Origin: Sphyrna mokarran
Taxonomy: Eukaryota
DNA: 64,000 nt
Direction of reading: 5' to 3'
Assembly: GCA_024679065.1 (NCBI GenBank)
Contig: JAGIQG010000004.1
Span: 41,292,001 to 41,356,000 of the forward strand
The notes below the pieces were generated by a model that had not been told where the DNA came from, searched no databases, and saw only the letters and a list, made by a program, of their open reading frames with translations. A program made the position numbers and the translations under genes. Position 1 is the first letter of the stretch, and the number at the start of each line of letters is the position of its first letter. Shown here piece after piece: positions 12,540 through 24,929 of the stretch.

Positions 12540-13932
12540 TCACAGCGAAGTAAGGTTGTGAAATCACTGTAAATTCGGGCGTCGGGCCTGTAACGCGATC
12601 AGCACCCTAATCCGAGCAGATCGCATCTTTATCGATACCCAATCTGGCACGAATCCAGTCCGTGTCCCAGTGGGATGCCTGACGATTTAAATGCATTAGC
12701 ATGCATTTAAATCAACTTAATGAACTGTGTGCCCAACTCTATTGCCATATCCCACTTTGGATCTGTTTTGGATCCGTGCTGCTATCCACTTGCAGAATAA
12801 AAATCCAAAGAGGGTTCCTATACAGCAGGGGAATATCTGAAGTTCATCCTCTTTGAATACCCTTCATATTCCCTCTGCTAACCCCCCCTCATGATCTGAA
12901 CCCCCTGGGAGGCAGACCCCCACCCAGCAATCAAACACTCCCATTGGAGGCAGGCCTCCCCAGCAGAGCACACCCCCAACCGACCTAGATTGCTGCTCTC
13001 CCTCCACCATCCTTCTGAGCTGCACTTTTTATTGTGGAGATGCCAATACTGGACAGGATAAAACACAGTAAGAAGTCTCACAACACCAGGTTAAAATCGT
13101 GTCGGACTGGTGTTGTGAGATTTCTTACTGCAGTCATTAGACTGCCTGCAGCACCTTCCTGACCTTCCACTGGCTTCTATTGGAGGAGAGGGATGGGCTC
13201 AGAAGGATCTCTTGCTGGGGTAGGGATGGTGGAAGATGGGAGGAGGATGGACTTGGGAGAATCTCCACCAACTCCCCCAACCAGAGATCCATCTGAACCC
13301 GCATCCCCCTTCTCCGACAGACACTCGGAAAGTAATGCAGGCTGTCCAATGAGTGCAGTAAGAAGTCTCACAACACCAGTCCAACAGCACTTTTACCTGG
13401 TGTTGTGAGACTTCCTACTGTGTTCATCCCAGTCCAACACCGACATCTCCACATCAACGAGTGCCGGTCAGAAGGATGGTGGAGGGAGAGCAGCAATCAA
13501 TGTAGGTTGGAGGTGTGCTCTGCTGAGGGGCGGGGTGGAGGGGGCCTGATTGCAGCGGGAATGGCCTACCTCCCATGGGAGGTCTGATCGGGGGGCTTCT
13601 GCCGTGAGATGCCTGCCTCCCAAGGGGGTCCGATCATGGCTCATTCCCACCCCCCCCCCCACCCCCAACACACACACCCCCTCCTCCCTCCCACCCCAGC
13701 TTTCTCTGCTAGTTTTTGTTTTCCACACTCAGGCACGCTGTTTCAGATTTTTTCGAACTGCACATATACAATTCAGAGCTCCAGCCATTCTGGCAGTGCT
13801 AAGCCCTACACACAGTGCAGACCGGACTGGAGCCAGCAAAATGCGTTTGGGTGCTCTGAAATGAGGATTCCAGGCTCGGATCCGTTTTACGTCCAATCCG
13901 GCACTTAGCCTCCGATTGGGAAAATCTGGCCC
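12540..13932. mobile_element. CpG-rich non-autonomous DNA-transposon-like element containing a ~750-bp palindrome
   Basis: Right terminus GGGAAAATCTGGCCC; internal palindrome GATTTAAATGCAT/ATGCATTTAAATC at 12684-12713; left end uncertain. Confidence 0.5.
12891..13637. repeat. Long imperfect inverted repeat with nested 24-bp hairpins
   Basis: 12988-13018 is the exact reverse complement of 13468-13498 (31/31); ORFs 12878..13081(-) and 13405..13587(+) are homologous. Confidence 0.9.
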
Positions 13933-15184
13933 AAAGACTTTATTAGGTAAGTGAAGTTATGAAATTGAATGTGCACCTTGATGTAATAGTTACAAGAATA
14001 AAATTCTTACAGGTTAATATGTATCTAAATCAGATGCTTTGATAAAGACTAGAGCTTGGCCATGCGTACTATCAGATAGCAGAAGCACATGTAACAAGTA
14101 GGTACAGTGGATATAATTAACAAATGCCCAACATGATATTTCACTCCTCCCCAAATTAACTCACTTAAACAGTCCTTTTCAATGCAGAAGTATGTGAAAA
14201 ATATCAACATGATAACAAACAGAGCCAGAAAGGAGTGCACTCAAGCACAAGATGAGACATTGAAGTGCTTTTCTAATCGTGCCATTACTGCTAAATCATC
14301 AGATTCCTATATTTCCGACATTCAGATAAAATCTTATCTCATCAGCAAATGACCAACTTCCAACACTTCCTGCAGGCGTTAAAATCTCATTAGTTCATGA
14401 AATATAACTAGTCAGAACAAAGGTAACTGTTCTACTCCGTTTAAAAGCCCTAAGCAGAATTTTAGCATCACTATTTGAGAATGTGTTTGCACAGATACAA
14501 ATTACTGTATCATAGCATAAAAAATTGTATTCAATTTAATAGTAGAATATGGGTATTCCAGCATCGATTGCATAGTCTTAATATGATTCAACATTTCCTG
14601 CACTTACCCACTACACTATACTATCAGGGCAAAGGCTAATTTGATGCTCTTCCACTAAGCAGTGTCCAGATTTCAATTAATGCACAAACAAGTTTAGAGA
14701 AAAAGCAAAGTACTGCAGATGTTGGAAATCTGCAACAGAAAATGCTGGATGAACTCAGCAGGTCTGACAGTGTCTTTGGAGAGAATCAGTGTTAGTGTTT
14801 TGTATCTAAATGACCCTTCTCCAGTAAGGGTGGCAGACAAGTCTATAATTATTGCTCATTACTAACTGTTGTGAGAATGTCGTGTGGTAGATCTTCGTCC
14901 TTGAATTGCTGCAGCCTTTTAGTGATGGCACTCCCACAATGGTTTTGGGAGAGTATTCCATGATATTAAAATTGCTATGCTAAAGGAATCATTTACTGTA
15001 TTAATTCACAGAACATGGATGTCACTGCAAGACTGGCATTTATTGACAAATCTAGTTATCCATAAGAAGTTGATGATGAGCTACCTTCTTGGTATCACTT
15101 TCAGAGGATATTCTGAGGACAGAATTTCAGAAGCCAGAGTGAATGGCAGAATTATGGGCCTGAAATCACAAATATATCTGACTG

Positions 15185-15628
15185 GGGTGGCATGGAGGCA
15201 TATTGGTTAGCACTGCTGCCTCACAGCACCAGAGACACAGTTTTGATTCTGCCTTGGGCCACTGTTTGTGTGGAGTTTGCACATTCCCTCATGTGCTCCA
15301 GTTTCATAGAACATAGAACATTATAGCGCAGAACAGGCCCTTCGGCCTTCGATGTTGCGCCGACCAATTATCAAAAAGCAATGACCCTCTAACCTAAACC
15401 ATTCCCTTTTCATCCATAAACTTATCTACTAATCTCTTAAACGCCACCAAACTTGGTGCCACCAAACTTTCCTCTCACAGTCTGAAAGGCATGCTAGTTA
15501 GGTGTATTGGCCATGCTAAATTCTCCCTCAGTGTACCTGAACGGATGCCAGAGAGTGGTGACTAGGGGATTTTCACAGTATTAATGTAAGATTACCTGTG
15601 ACAATAATAAATAAACTTAAACTTTAAA
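15185..15628 (+). mobile_element. HE1-like V-SINE interrupted by a CR1 3' end (15306-15466, - strand)
   Basis: Head and tail as at 6195; the insert begins with (CATAGAA)n. Confidence 0.78.
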
Positions 15629-15849
15629 ATTACTTACAGATGGGCAGGTGCCTTTCCCTATTGCATATTACTGACCCGGATGGGTTTTTACATACTGGTG
15701 TTTTTTAAAAGTTCAGTTTTTTTTTATTAACTGAATTCAAACTCACAGCTGCTGTGGTGGGATCTTGACACTCTCGGATCATTAGAATGGGCCTCTGAAT
15801 CGTCTAGTAACAGTAACATAATCACAATGCTTCTCTATCCCTGATATGG

Positions 15850-16175
15850 TAGATAAGGTAGTATCTTTTCCCAAAGGTAAGGGACTCTAAAACTAGAGGG
15901 CATAGGTTTAAGGTGAGAGGGGAGAAATACAAACAGTCCAGAGGGGTAATTTTACATTCAGAGGATGGTGAGTGTCTTGAATGAGCTGGCAGAGGCAGAA
16001 GTAGTGGTGGGCACAATTTTGTCTTTTAAAAAGCATTTAGACATTTAAGATGGATATAAAGAAATATGGGCCAAATGAGGGCAACTGGGACAAGTTTAGT
16101 GGGTAAAAACTGAGCGGCATGGACAAGGTGGGTCAAAAGGCCTGTTTGCATGCTATAAACCTCTATGATTCTATG
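15850..16175 (+). mobile_element. CR1-type LINE 3' end
   Basis: LFPKVRDSKTRGHRFKVRGEKY; CTCTATGATTCTATG tail. Confidence 0.8.
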
Positions 16176-16624
16176 CATATCTCATTGAAAGCAGGCTGGA
16201 TATTACAGTCAGTATCGAACGACTCTCATTGCTTACTCAAAGAAAGCTGCCTGACAATATCCTGTGAACTATGTGGCACACCCTTCCCCTTTCTCATCAC
16301 CAATTTGAATCTGGCTCCAAGTCCTGGGAATCTCTAGGAATCCAGCAACAGTAATATCCTCAAGGAGAGTGAGCAGTCAATCACTTTGGAAAAGCAACAG
16401 CAAAACAGAGAGTCAAGCCATCAAATCCTCACATGTTTGCTTTTGAAATGTTGCAGACAGTGAAATAAATGGTAGGCACATGCAGACGGGTTAAGACAAA
16501 AAAATTAAACTATCATAAAGAAACTTTTAAAATAATTATTTTAAATACCTGGGAATTTCTGATCATAATGAAGAAATTTGACTTTCAGCAAATTTAAAAT
16601 TAAGCTTACAGGAGCAGAGGTTTA

Positions 16625-17050
16625 AGAACATTAGAACATAAGAACTAGAAGCAGGAGTAGGCCTTTTGGCCCTTTGAACCTGCTCGGCCATTCAATAAGA
16701 TCGTGGCTGATCTATTCATGGGCTCAAATCCACTTACCCACCCACTTACCATAACCCTTAATTCCTTTACTGTTCAAAAATGTATCTATCCTTGCCTTAA
16801 AAACATACAATGAGGTAGTCTCAACTCTTCACTGGGCAGGACAGATTCACAAGCCTTTCTATGAAGGAGTTCCTCCTCAACTCAGTCCTAAACCTGCTTC
16901 TCCTTATTTTGAGGCTATGCCACCTAGTGTCATCCGCCAGTGGAAATAACTTTCTTACTTTTATCTTATCTATTCCCTTTATAATCATATATGTTTCCAT
17001 AAGATCTCCCCTCATTTTTCTGAATTCCAATGAGCATAGCCCCAGGCTAC
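16625..17050 (-). mobile_element. CR1-type LINE 3' end
   Basis: ORF 16821..17030 RGDLMETY..LFPL..HSLKIR; (AAGAACAT)n tail. Confidence 0.82.
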
Positions 17051-17459
17051 TTTTAGCTGCAATTATTCACTGAATACTCTGCTAAAATCCCAATTCCATC
17101 CCATTTTACAAGATGGAATATTTTCAAATGATTGGCAGTGTAATTAAGCCAGCTTCGCTGGCTAGGCTAACATTTGTTGCCCATCCTTAATTATCCTTGA
17201 AAAGATGCTAGTAAGTTGTCTTTGTAAACTGCTGCAGGGCCTGTAAGGTAGGTAAATCCACAATATTGCTAGGGAAGAAGTTCCAGGATCTTGACTCAGC
17301 GACAATGAAGGGTCAGTGATATATTTCCAAGTCAGGATGGTGAGTGACCTGCAGAGGAACTTGCAAGTGGCAGTATCTCCATGAATCTGTTGTCCTTCTC
17401 CTTCTTGGTGGTAAAGGTTGTGAGTTTAGGGGTGGTGTCAAAGGAGCCTTAGTGAAGGC

Positions 17460-18450
17460 TCATCTCACACACTCACCTCTCTCCCTTACACACACTCACT
17501 CCTCTCCCTCACATACACACTTACTCCTCTCCCTCATACAAACACTCACTCCTCCCTCTCATACACATTCACTCCTCTTCCTCACACATACACTCATCCC
17601 TCTCCCTTACACACACTCACTCCTCTCTCTCACACACGCATGCACGCGCACACATACACACACACACACTCCTCTCTCTCACACACACACTTACCCTTCT
17701 CTCTCCCTCACACACACACTTACCCTTCTCTCTCTCACACACACACACACTCACCTCTCTCCTTCACACATACTCACTCCTCTCCCTCACACACGCATTC
17801 ACTCCTTTCTCTTATACACATACATACTCAGTGTTCTCTTTCTTATGTACTATCAAACCCCTCTCTCTCACACAAACACACCTCCTTTGTCTCACATGCA
17901 ATCGCCACCCTCTCTATCAAATTAATTAATTCTTCTCTTTCATGCACACTCACATGTCTCTCTCTCTCTCAGATATACACATACCCTCAGACTCACACCT
18001 TTCTTTCACACACATGCTCAGCCCTTTTTCTCACACACATTTACCTCTCTCTGCCAGACAAACACACTACCCTTACTCGCTTACACATTCATCCTCTCTC
18101 TCTTACACACACAAACTCACCTCTCTCTTTCATGCACTCATCCCTCCCTCTCTCACATGCACTCATCTCTCTGTTATTCGCAATCACACCTCTCTCTGAG
18201 ACATGCGCACTCACATATCTCTCTCACTTTTACACATGCACTCATCCCTAGATCTTTTTCATGCACACAGACACCTCTCTCTGACATTGAATTTCACCCT
18301 TCTTTCACTCACAATCACATTTGCTTCTCCTTTGCTCATTTAACGCCTCTCACACTCATCTCTCTTTCTCATACATGGACTCTCAGCCCTCTCTCACAAA
18401 CACACTCAAACCTCTTTCACACACATATTCAGTCCTCCCTGACAGACACA
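17460..18450. repeat. ~1-kb compound (CA)n/(CT)n low-complexity tract
   Basis: Interleaved CACACA and CTCTCT runs; + strand almost devoid of G. Confidence 0.92.
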
Positions 18451-19879
18451 CAATCTTAAGCAAGGAGAAAGAGATAGCAGGACAGACTGAATTCCAGAGA
18501 ATATGCATTTGAAAAATCCAGAAGATACTCTGTTAGGGTAAATAATTAGAGCTTTACTCTATCTTACAACAGTCTAAAGCTTATTTATTAGTGTCACAAA
18601 TAAGCTTACATTCACATTGCAATGAAATTACTGTGAAAATCCCCTAGTCGCCTGTTAGAGATTTAATAAAGCAAGAAAGTTGATAGAGGGGCTATTTATT
18701 CATGGATCCGCTTTGCAGGGAAGGGCTGTTTCAGGATGCTTCAGACACTGAAGTAAATGTGTTTTCTATTTTGACCTGTTTTCACAGTGACTAGGTGATA
18801 GTGGAAATTTTCCACTCTTGGTCAAAGTTATATTCTGCCACAGGTAACCAGTGTCCCTTATTCTGGCCGCCATGTGGCAACTCTCTTCACCAGAGAAAAA
18901 ACACATAGCCTTATTTTTGTTTTCCACGCGTGAATTGAAACACTCGTGCAGAAAAGAACTCTTCCCACCTTCAGAATGCTACAGGGACACAATAGGTGGA
19001 GAGATTTGACACATCTCTCCTGCTATCGCTTAAAGCTTTCGTGGAGTCAATACTTAAGACAACAGTTCCCTTACATCTGCTGACTAATTTCAAATACACA
19101 TTAAAACTTCATGCCATTTTGCACTTACACGAGTTTTACTATGTGATCCTATTCATTGTTAGACCTCACTGCTGTTCTCGGTAATTGCTTTACAGAGCTC
19201 TCAATGACGACCAGATGATTATAGATTAATAAAAGTACTTCAGTACTTTTCCTTCGGTTATATTTAACGAATAGAAAAGGATTCATTGCAACAGTTCAAA
19301 TTAAGGAATCATAATTTTATTATAAAGTCTAAAAACGAAATGCCATACATGCACAGTTAAATACCAATCATTGCACCGTAGTTGCGCTGTTCATACTAAA
19401 ATGTCGCAAAAAAGTATTCTAACGATAAAATGTTTGAACATGAAATTGGCCCAGCTACGAAGCACAAACAAGCCAAGTTCACACATGCCACTTTAAATGT
19501 TGTCCACTTGTTTCAATGCATTTGGTACTGTTTCGGGTGATTGTCCGCTGTGATAGTTTATTTCTAAATTTAGTTTGGTAAGCTATGTTATTGCGGTCGA
19601 GACAGTGATCTGACTTAGTTCAGAAGTAATCACAAAAAGTGCTGGAATAAATTCAGCAGATCTGGCAGCATCTGTGGAGTTTCGAATCCGCGTGCATTCG
19701 AGTAGAGAGCTAGGCTGCAGATTTAGTGATCTTAACGAAGTTTTCTTCTGCCAGTTTCGCCAACAAAATGTTCCTCCACTCTTTTACTCCCTATTTGGCT
19801 CACAGTCAGAACAACAGGTCCGCCCTAAACAATTCCGGTATGAATTATCGCTGGTACTAAGCACGGAAGTATTTGTTTA

Positions 19880-20090
19880 TCAAAAACAGAAAATGCTGGA
19901 AAATCTCAGCAGGTCTGACAGCATCTGTGGAGAGTGAATAGAGCCAACGTTTCAAGACTTTCAAGAATCATCCAAACTCGAAAGCTGGCTCCATTCTCTC
20001 TCCACAGATGCTGTCAGACCTGCTGAGATTTTCCAGCAATTTTTCTTTCTGTTTCAGATTCCAGCATCCGCAGTATTTTGCTTTTATCTT
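19880..20090. repeat. Head-to-head Penelope-associated terminal repeat forming a perfect 41-bp inverted repeat
   Basis: 19894-19934 is the exact reverse complement of 19998-20038; single arms of the family occur at ~2990, 4520, 14700, 19630 and 22915. Confidence 0.85.
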
Positions 20091-21444
20091 GTGAATTGCT
20101 TATCTGCAGGACAATCCTGGAATTGACACCAAAAAGTCTTAAATCTGCCGTCAAACACCTTCTAAACTTTGTATTGTGTGCAACATTGAAAGCCTTAGTT
20201 TTCCAACGTGGCTCTATTGGGATCTTAATTTGTTAAGCAGATAGAAATAATCAAACATATAGGTAATAAACAGTTCTTGAAAAAATCAGATTACAATTGT
20301 TGCTTGTCAGAAAGTGATTCTTTCACTCGTTCACAGACACAGTTGCAGTCACTGTGTTCACATCCCACTGGATTGCAGCCTATGCTGAGCCAATGGAATG
20401 TGGGACAAAATCAGTCCACTTGCCAGATCTCATATTTCCGTTCAATGCCTCAGTTGCTGCTTAAGCCGCCACACGGATCATCAGCAAAGCTGCAGCACAC
20501 AGTCATTGCACCTCACGTATGACACTCCACACAAATAAACATCTCGGGGGAGATGTTTCAAAATTGGAGGCATGCACAAACTGGGGTCCTAACTTGAGAT
20601 ATTTCTTTTGTTAATTACTTAGAGAAGGTTTAATTTGCAAATGAAGACAGGTAACGCGATGACACGCTTTAAGCTTCTCCCATATCTAAGTGTAGATGGA
20701 GAAAGCATTGTATCTAAGTGGATTTTGCAAATTAAAGAAATGCATTTGCTCATTTTGATCCTAACATTAGCCCAAGTAATTGTTCTCTCACGGACAAGTT
20801 TTCAAGCCGAGCTGCCCCGGAGAGTTTCTGGGCTCTGTTACGTTGTACACTCCCAGCACGTTTACACGTGCGATATTGTGTGAATAGTTATAGATAGGAC
20901 CTAAAACTCACTTTACTAATCTGGTGAGGTTCAGGTACCGCATCAATAAAAGAAATTCCCAATGCCGGAAATCGGAATGGAAAAGCGTCGGGTGTTTTTT
21001 TTTTAACAGAGAGATGGTCAGTCACTCAAACTTTAAGTTGTCTTTGGCCATCCCGGATGAATCAGATTAATGTTTCAATCAATTTCTGCTTTTTCTGTGT
21101 TACAGCACTTTAACATATCTGCGTGTGTTTGTGGCATTTCTTGCAGAAAGCTTTGTGGCTTGCAAAGGAAACCTATACATAGACCTAAATAGCCAAGCCT
21201 GGTTAAAACTCTGCGCTTGATCTGGCGTTTATATGTTGATTAGAACTTCTCTATTTCCTATGAAAGACACACGCTGGCTCATTTCTCCACTGTCGTGGCG
21301 AATTGCAATATTTAAATATAACTTTGTAAGTGTTCAAAAGGAGAGGCGGCGTGTTAAAAAGGCTAATAGCAATGAGCCCAACCCGGAGTTACCTACTTGA
21401 AATTCGAAGGTACTCTTTGTAAATGTAATAAAATATAACATTTC

Positions 21445-21625
21445 TACTGATTTCAAGAAGAAATTAGATAAAGCTCTTGGGGCTAAAGGGATCAGGGGAT
21501 ATGGTGGGAAGAAAGTGGGATCAGGATATTGAATTTGACGATCAGCCATGATCAAAATGAATGGCGGAGCAGGCGCGAAGGGCTGAATGGCCTACTCCTG
21601 CTTCTATTGTCTATATCTCTATGAC
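21445..21625 (+). mobile_element. CR1-type LINE 3' end
   Basis: GATCAGCCATGATC..GAATGGCGGAGCAGGCGCGAAGGGCTGAATGGCCTACTCCTGCT. Confidence 0.78.
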
Positions 21626-21774
21626 TACACCTCTATAACAATGATTATAATCAAGCAACGGTGTTTATTGGACATTCATGCTGATGTCCTTTACCACTGC
21701 TTGACTGCCAAGTGCCAACGTGATTGTAACTGGTTTATCGCACCAAAAGGGACGCTGAGCAACATGATACCTTA

Positions 21775-22168
21775 AAGGTTTTTAAAGTTGATTTATTACC
21801 GTCACAAGTAGGCTTCATTACATTGCAATGAAGTAATTTTGACAATTCCCTAGTAGCCACACTCCGGCACCTGTTCTGGTACACTGAGGGAGAATTTAGC
21901 ATGGTCAATGCACCCCATCCAGCAAGTCTTTTTGACTGTTAGAGGAAACCGGAGCACGCAGACACAGAGACAGTGTGTGGACTCCATTCGCCTGACGAAG
22001 GCACAAAGGCCCAAAGCTAGCAGATTTACTGTCAAATAAATCGGTTGGATTTAAAATTGATGTTGCCAGACTCTTATTGAGTGGACTCCATACAAACAGT
22101 GACCCAAGCTGGGAATTGAACCTGAGTTCTTGGCACTATAAGGTGGCAGTGCTAACCACTGTGCCACT
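21775..22168 (-). mobile_element. HE1-like V-SINE interrupted by a Penelope-like terminus
   Basis: Reverse complement of the 51130 copy. Confidence 0.78.
21988..22080 (+). mobile_element. Penelope-like terminal fragment with 11-bp TSD, inserted in a SINE
   Basis: CTGACGA 21992-21998 and AAATAAATCGGTTGGATTTAA; flanked by GTGGACTCCAT at 21977-21987 and 22081-22091. Confidence 0.7.
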
Positions 22169-24387
22169 CATCTCACAGGGATAGGTAGGCACCCCTGCTA
22201 TCTCGACTTCTTCTTTGGGTAATAAGGGTGAAAGATAATTGATGAAGTCAGTTGACACGATCAGTGGACAGATCGAGATGTGACGGAAATTCGAAATGAG
22301 TTATGAAAACTGGCATTCATTCGCTTTTTGAAATATTTCTGTTCACTCCATCTATTGTATGGCAACTGGTCGACATAAATTATGTAAAACCTGTCCAGTT
22401 GCACTTGTGCATTCAAGCGCTCTCTCCGAGATGTGCAGCAGTATCTGAGACTGACATTAGCATGGACAGTGCCTTCAGGTAATATCCATGGCATGTCAAT
22501 GACTTACTAACCAATAAAGCGCCAGCGTCGCTCGTGTCCTTGTGTCTTTGCCCCCATTGTGCCTCTGGCCACGACTGTTTTAAGCATTACCACAAAAAAA
22601 GGCAGTGTTCATTCGATTCAATAACGATTTGTTATCCTGGATTTACCAATGCAATCTGTAAACAAAGTTCTCCTTGAAGTGAGTGCATTGATACTTGTCA
22701 CAATACATTAAGAGAAAATGAAACGTTCATTATTTCGAAAGTAGTAGTTGTGTCAGGAAGCGGAATTTAAAGAGGACCATCACAGAATAGGGAAAAAATA
22801 ATCAAAGGAAAATATTAATGCACAAGACCCTTTAACAAGTACGGGTCGGGAAGCATGTGTGGATGGGAAAGAGTTCCGGTCGAATATGACAGTTCACAAC
22901 AAGAGGGGATTCTAAACGTTAAACTCTGATTCCCTTGCCACTGATGCAGCCAAACCTGCTGAGTTTTTCCAGCATTTTTATTTCAGATTTCCACCATTCG
23001 CAGTATTTTGCCTTTATCGACGTTAACAACTGTATCTGCATGCTTGATCTAATGGATTTTGTTAATCCTATTTTTGATCTAAGGACAAGTTAAAACAAAC
23101 TATCCTAGTTTTAGAGTTTGCCCACATTGGATATTACATGCACGGAGTCCAGACTCTGTTTAGACAGCATGAAACTGTCGACAGCTCATCCTTGTAACTT
23201 CCTTGGGAATTTCTGTCACTCTTTACGATTTGTCTCTTAGCAGAGGTGGCTGCTCTTTTTGAGAATATTAGAATCCTCCGAAGGCCAATGTGTGAGCGTT
23301 ATGTGAGACCAGACCAAAACATTCCTTCGGTTAATTTCCGGATGTTTGTGGGGTACAGCTTCACTGACCCGGGACACGGAGAAAAAGCGAGAGAGAATGG
23401 GGTTGAGAATTTATCAGCCGCGACTGAATGGCAGAACAGACTCGATGGGCCGAAAGACCTAAGTCTGCTTTTATACCTTATAGTCTTATGCGCCCCAGAA
23501 ACTGTTCCCTCCTCCTCACCTTTCTCCTTGTAGACTGAGCTTCAAACATTTTGGTCACCAATCCTGATATGGGGTTGGGGTCAGTTGCTATCTAATTATC
23601 TGAAGACATTGCGACGGTTTGCTGCACTGCTGGCGCTAGGCGAATGCAAGTTGTTGGCTGCCACAATAAATGGCTTTGAAGGGGCGATTTGTTTCACAGG
23701 ATAGAAACCACAAGAATTTGCAAATATCCCTTGCACAAAAGGATTAATAGCCCTATATTAGCCTTTTTAAAAGAATTATTATTATTTAAAACCCACTGGA
23801 GCACAGATTTCGTTTTGCTGAGTTTGAAGTGGTCCACGGGCAAATCTGATTTATTGCGATAGAGACACGACGAAGAACCGAAACTGGCCTCATGATATTT
23901 AGAGGGCCACTAATTGAAGCTTGATCGACTTTTAAAGCCCGCACCCCCACCCCTGAAAGTGAGGTGCAGTAGTTACCACCTCCAGCTCTTTGATCTGAGC
24001 AGACATTTGGCCGCTGTATCGTTGTGCGGCAGCTCGCTTGCGCCACTGTTAGAGGAAGCTGGTAATTACCGCGATGTGGAACTCCACAGGGGCTGTTAAT
24101 AACAAGGAGACATCGGGGAGGAGGAGCGAGGGAGAGGGGTGCTCAATCCTTCCCAGCTCTTCGCCAGCGCGACCCGCCGAGCAGCAAACTGCGCTGAACA
24201 GAGTCAACAGCACCTCCAAACGTGCAAAAGGAACAAATCCACCACCTATCATCGCCCAAGTGCAAGAGACTTCTTCACCTCTTTGCTCTGCTTGGGAATA
24301 GGTGTCTGTGTGTGTGTTAAATATTTACCAGAAGAGTCTCTTTTAGCTGGTGAAAGTTTTACAACAAGTTTAACCATCAATAAAATG

Positions 24388-24655
24388 TTATGAGAGGGAA
24401 GAGGTACAAAAGGGTCCAGAGGGGCATTTTTTTTTCACACAGAGAGTGGTGAGTGTCTGGAACAAGCTGCCAGAGGCAGTAGCAGAACAATTTTCTTTTT
24501 AAAAAAATGTTTAGAGAGATGGATAAGATGATTTTGGAGAGATATGGGCCAAATGTGGGCAATTGGGACTAGTTTAGGGATTGGAATAAAGGGCGGCATG
24601 GACAAGTTGGGCCGAAAGGCCTGTTTTCATGCTGTAAACCTCTATGGCTTTATGG
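24388..24655 (+). mobile_element. CR1-type LINE 3' end
   Basis: Matches 15915-16175; reverse complement of 56470-56730. Confidence 0.8.
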
Positions 24656-24929
24656 TTCTGTGGGGTGATTTAACTGGAGGGATGGGCTGGATTAAAAATA
24701 AGAAGATACAGACAGATGCTGGTATACGTTTTTTTTGAGGGGGGGGAGTGAGGGGAGATTTAACCCATTAATCACTGACAGCTTTTAATGCAATGATGCC
24801 TCTCTCCCTACACCACTCACCCCCAAAAAAATCCTCAACCTCAGAAAATAAAATACTGCAGATTAAACAGCCGAAAAGAGCAAAGAAACTGCAAGTAGGG
24901 AGGAGGGGTGGTCGATGCTGTTTGCCATA

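Noticed and set aside
13066-13420. Four copies of a 24-mer with spacers, superficially CRISPR-like
   Set aside because: Copies alternate in orientation, spacing is irregular, the context is vertebrate, there are no cas genes, and the 24-mer is a Penelope-like terminus.
17344-18512. Long ORFs (up to 203 aa) rich in His/Thr/Leu/Ser
   Set aside because: Translation of CA/CT microsatellite that lacks stop codons; not genes.
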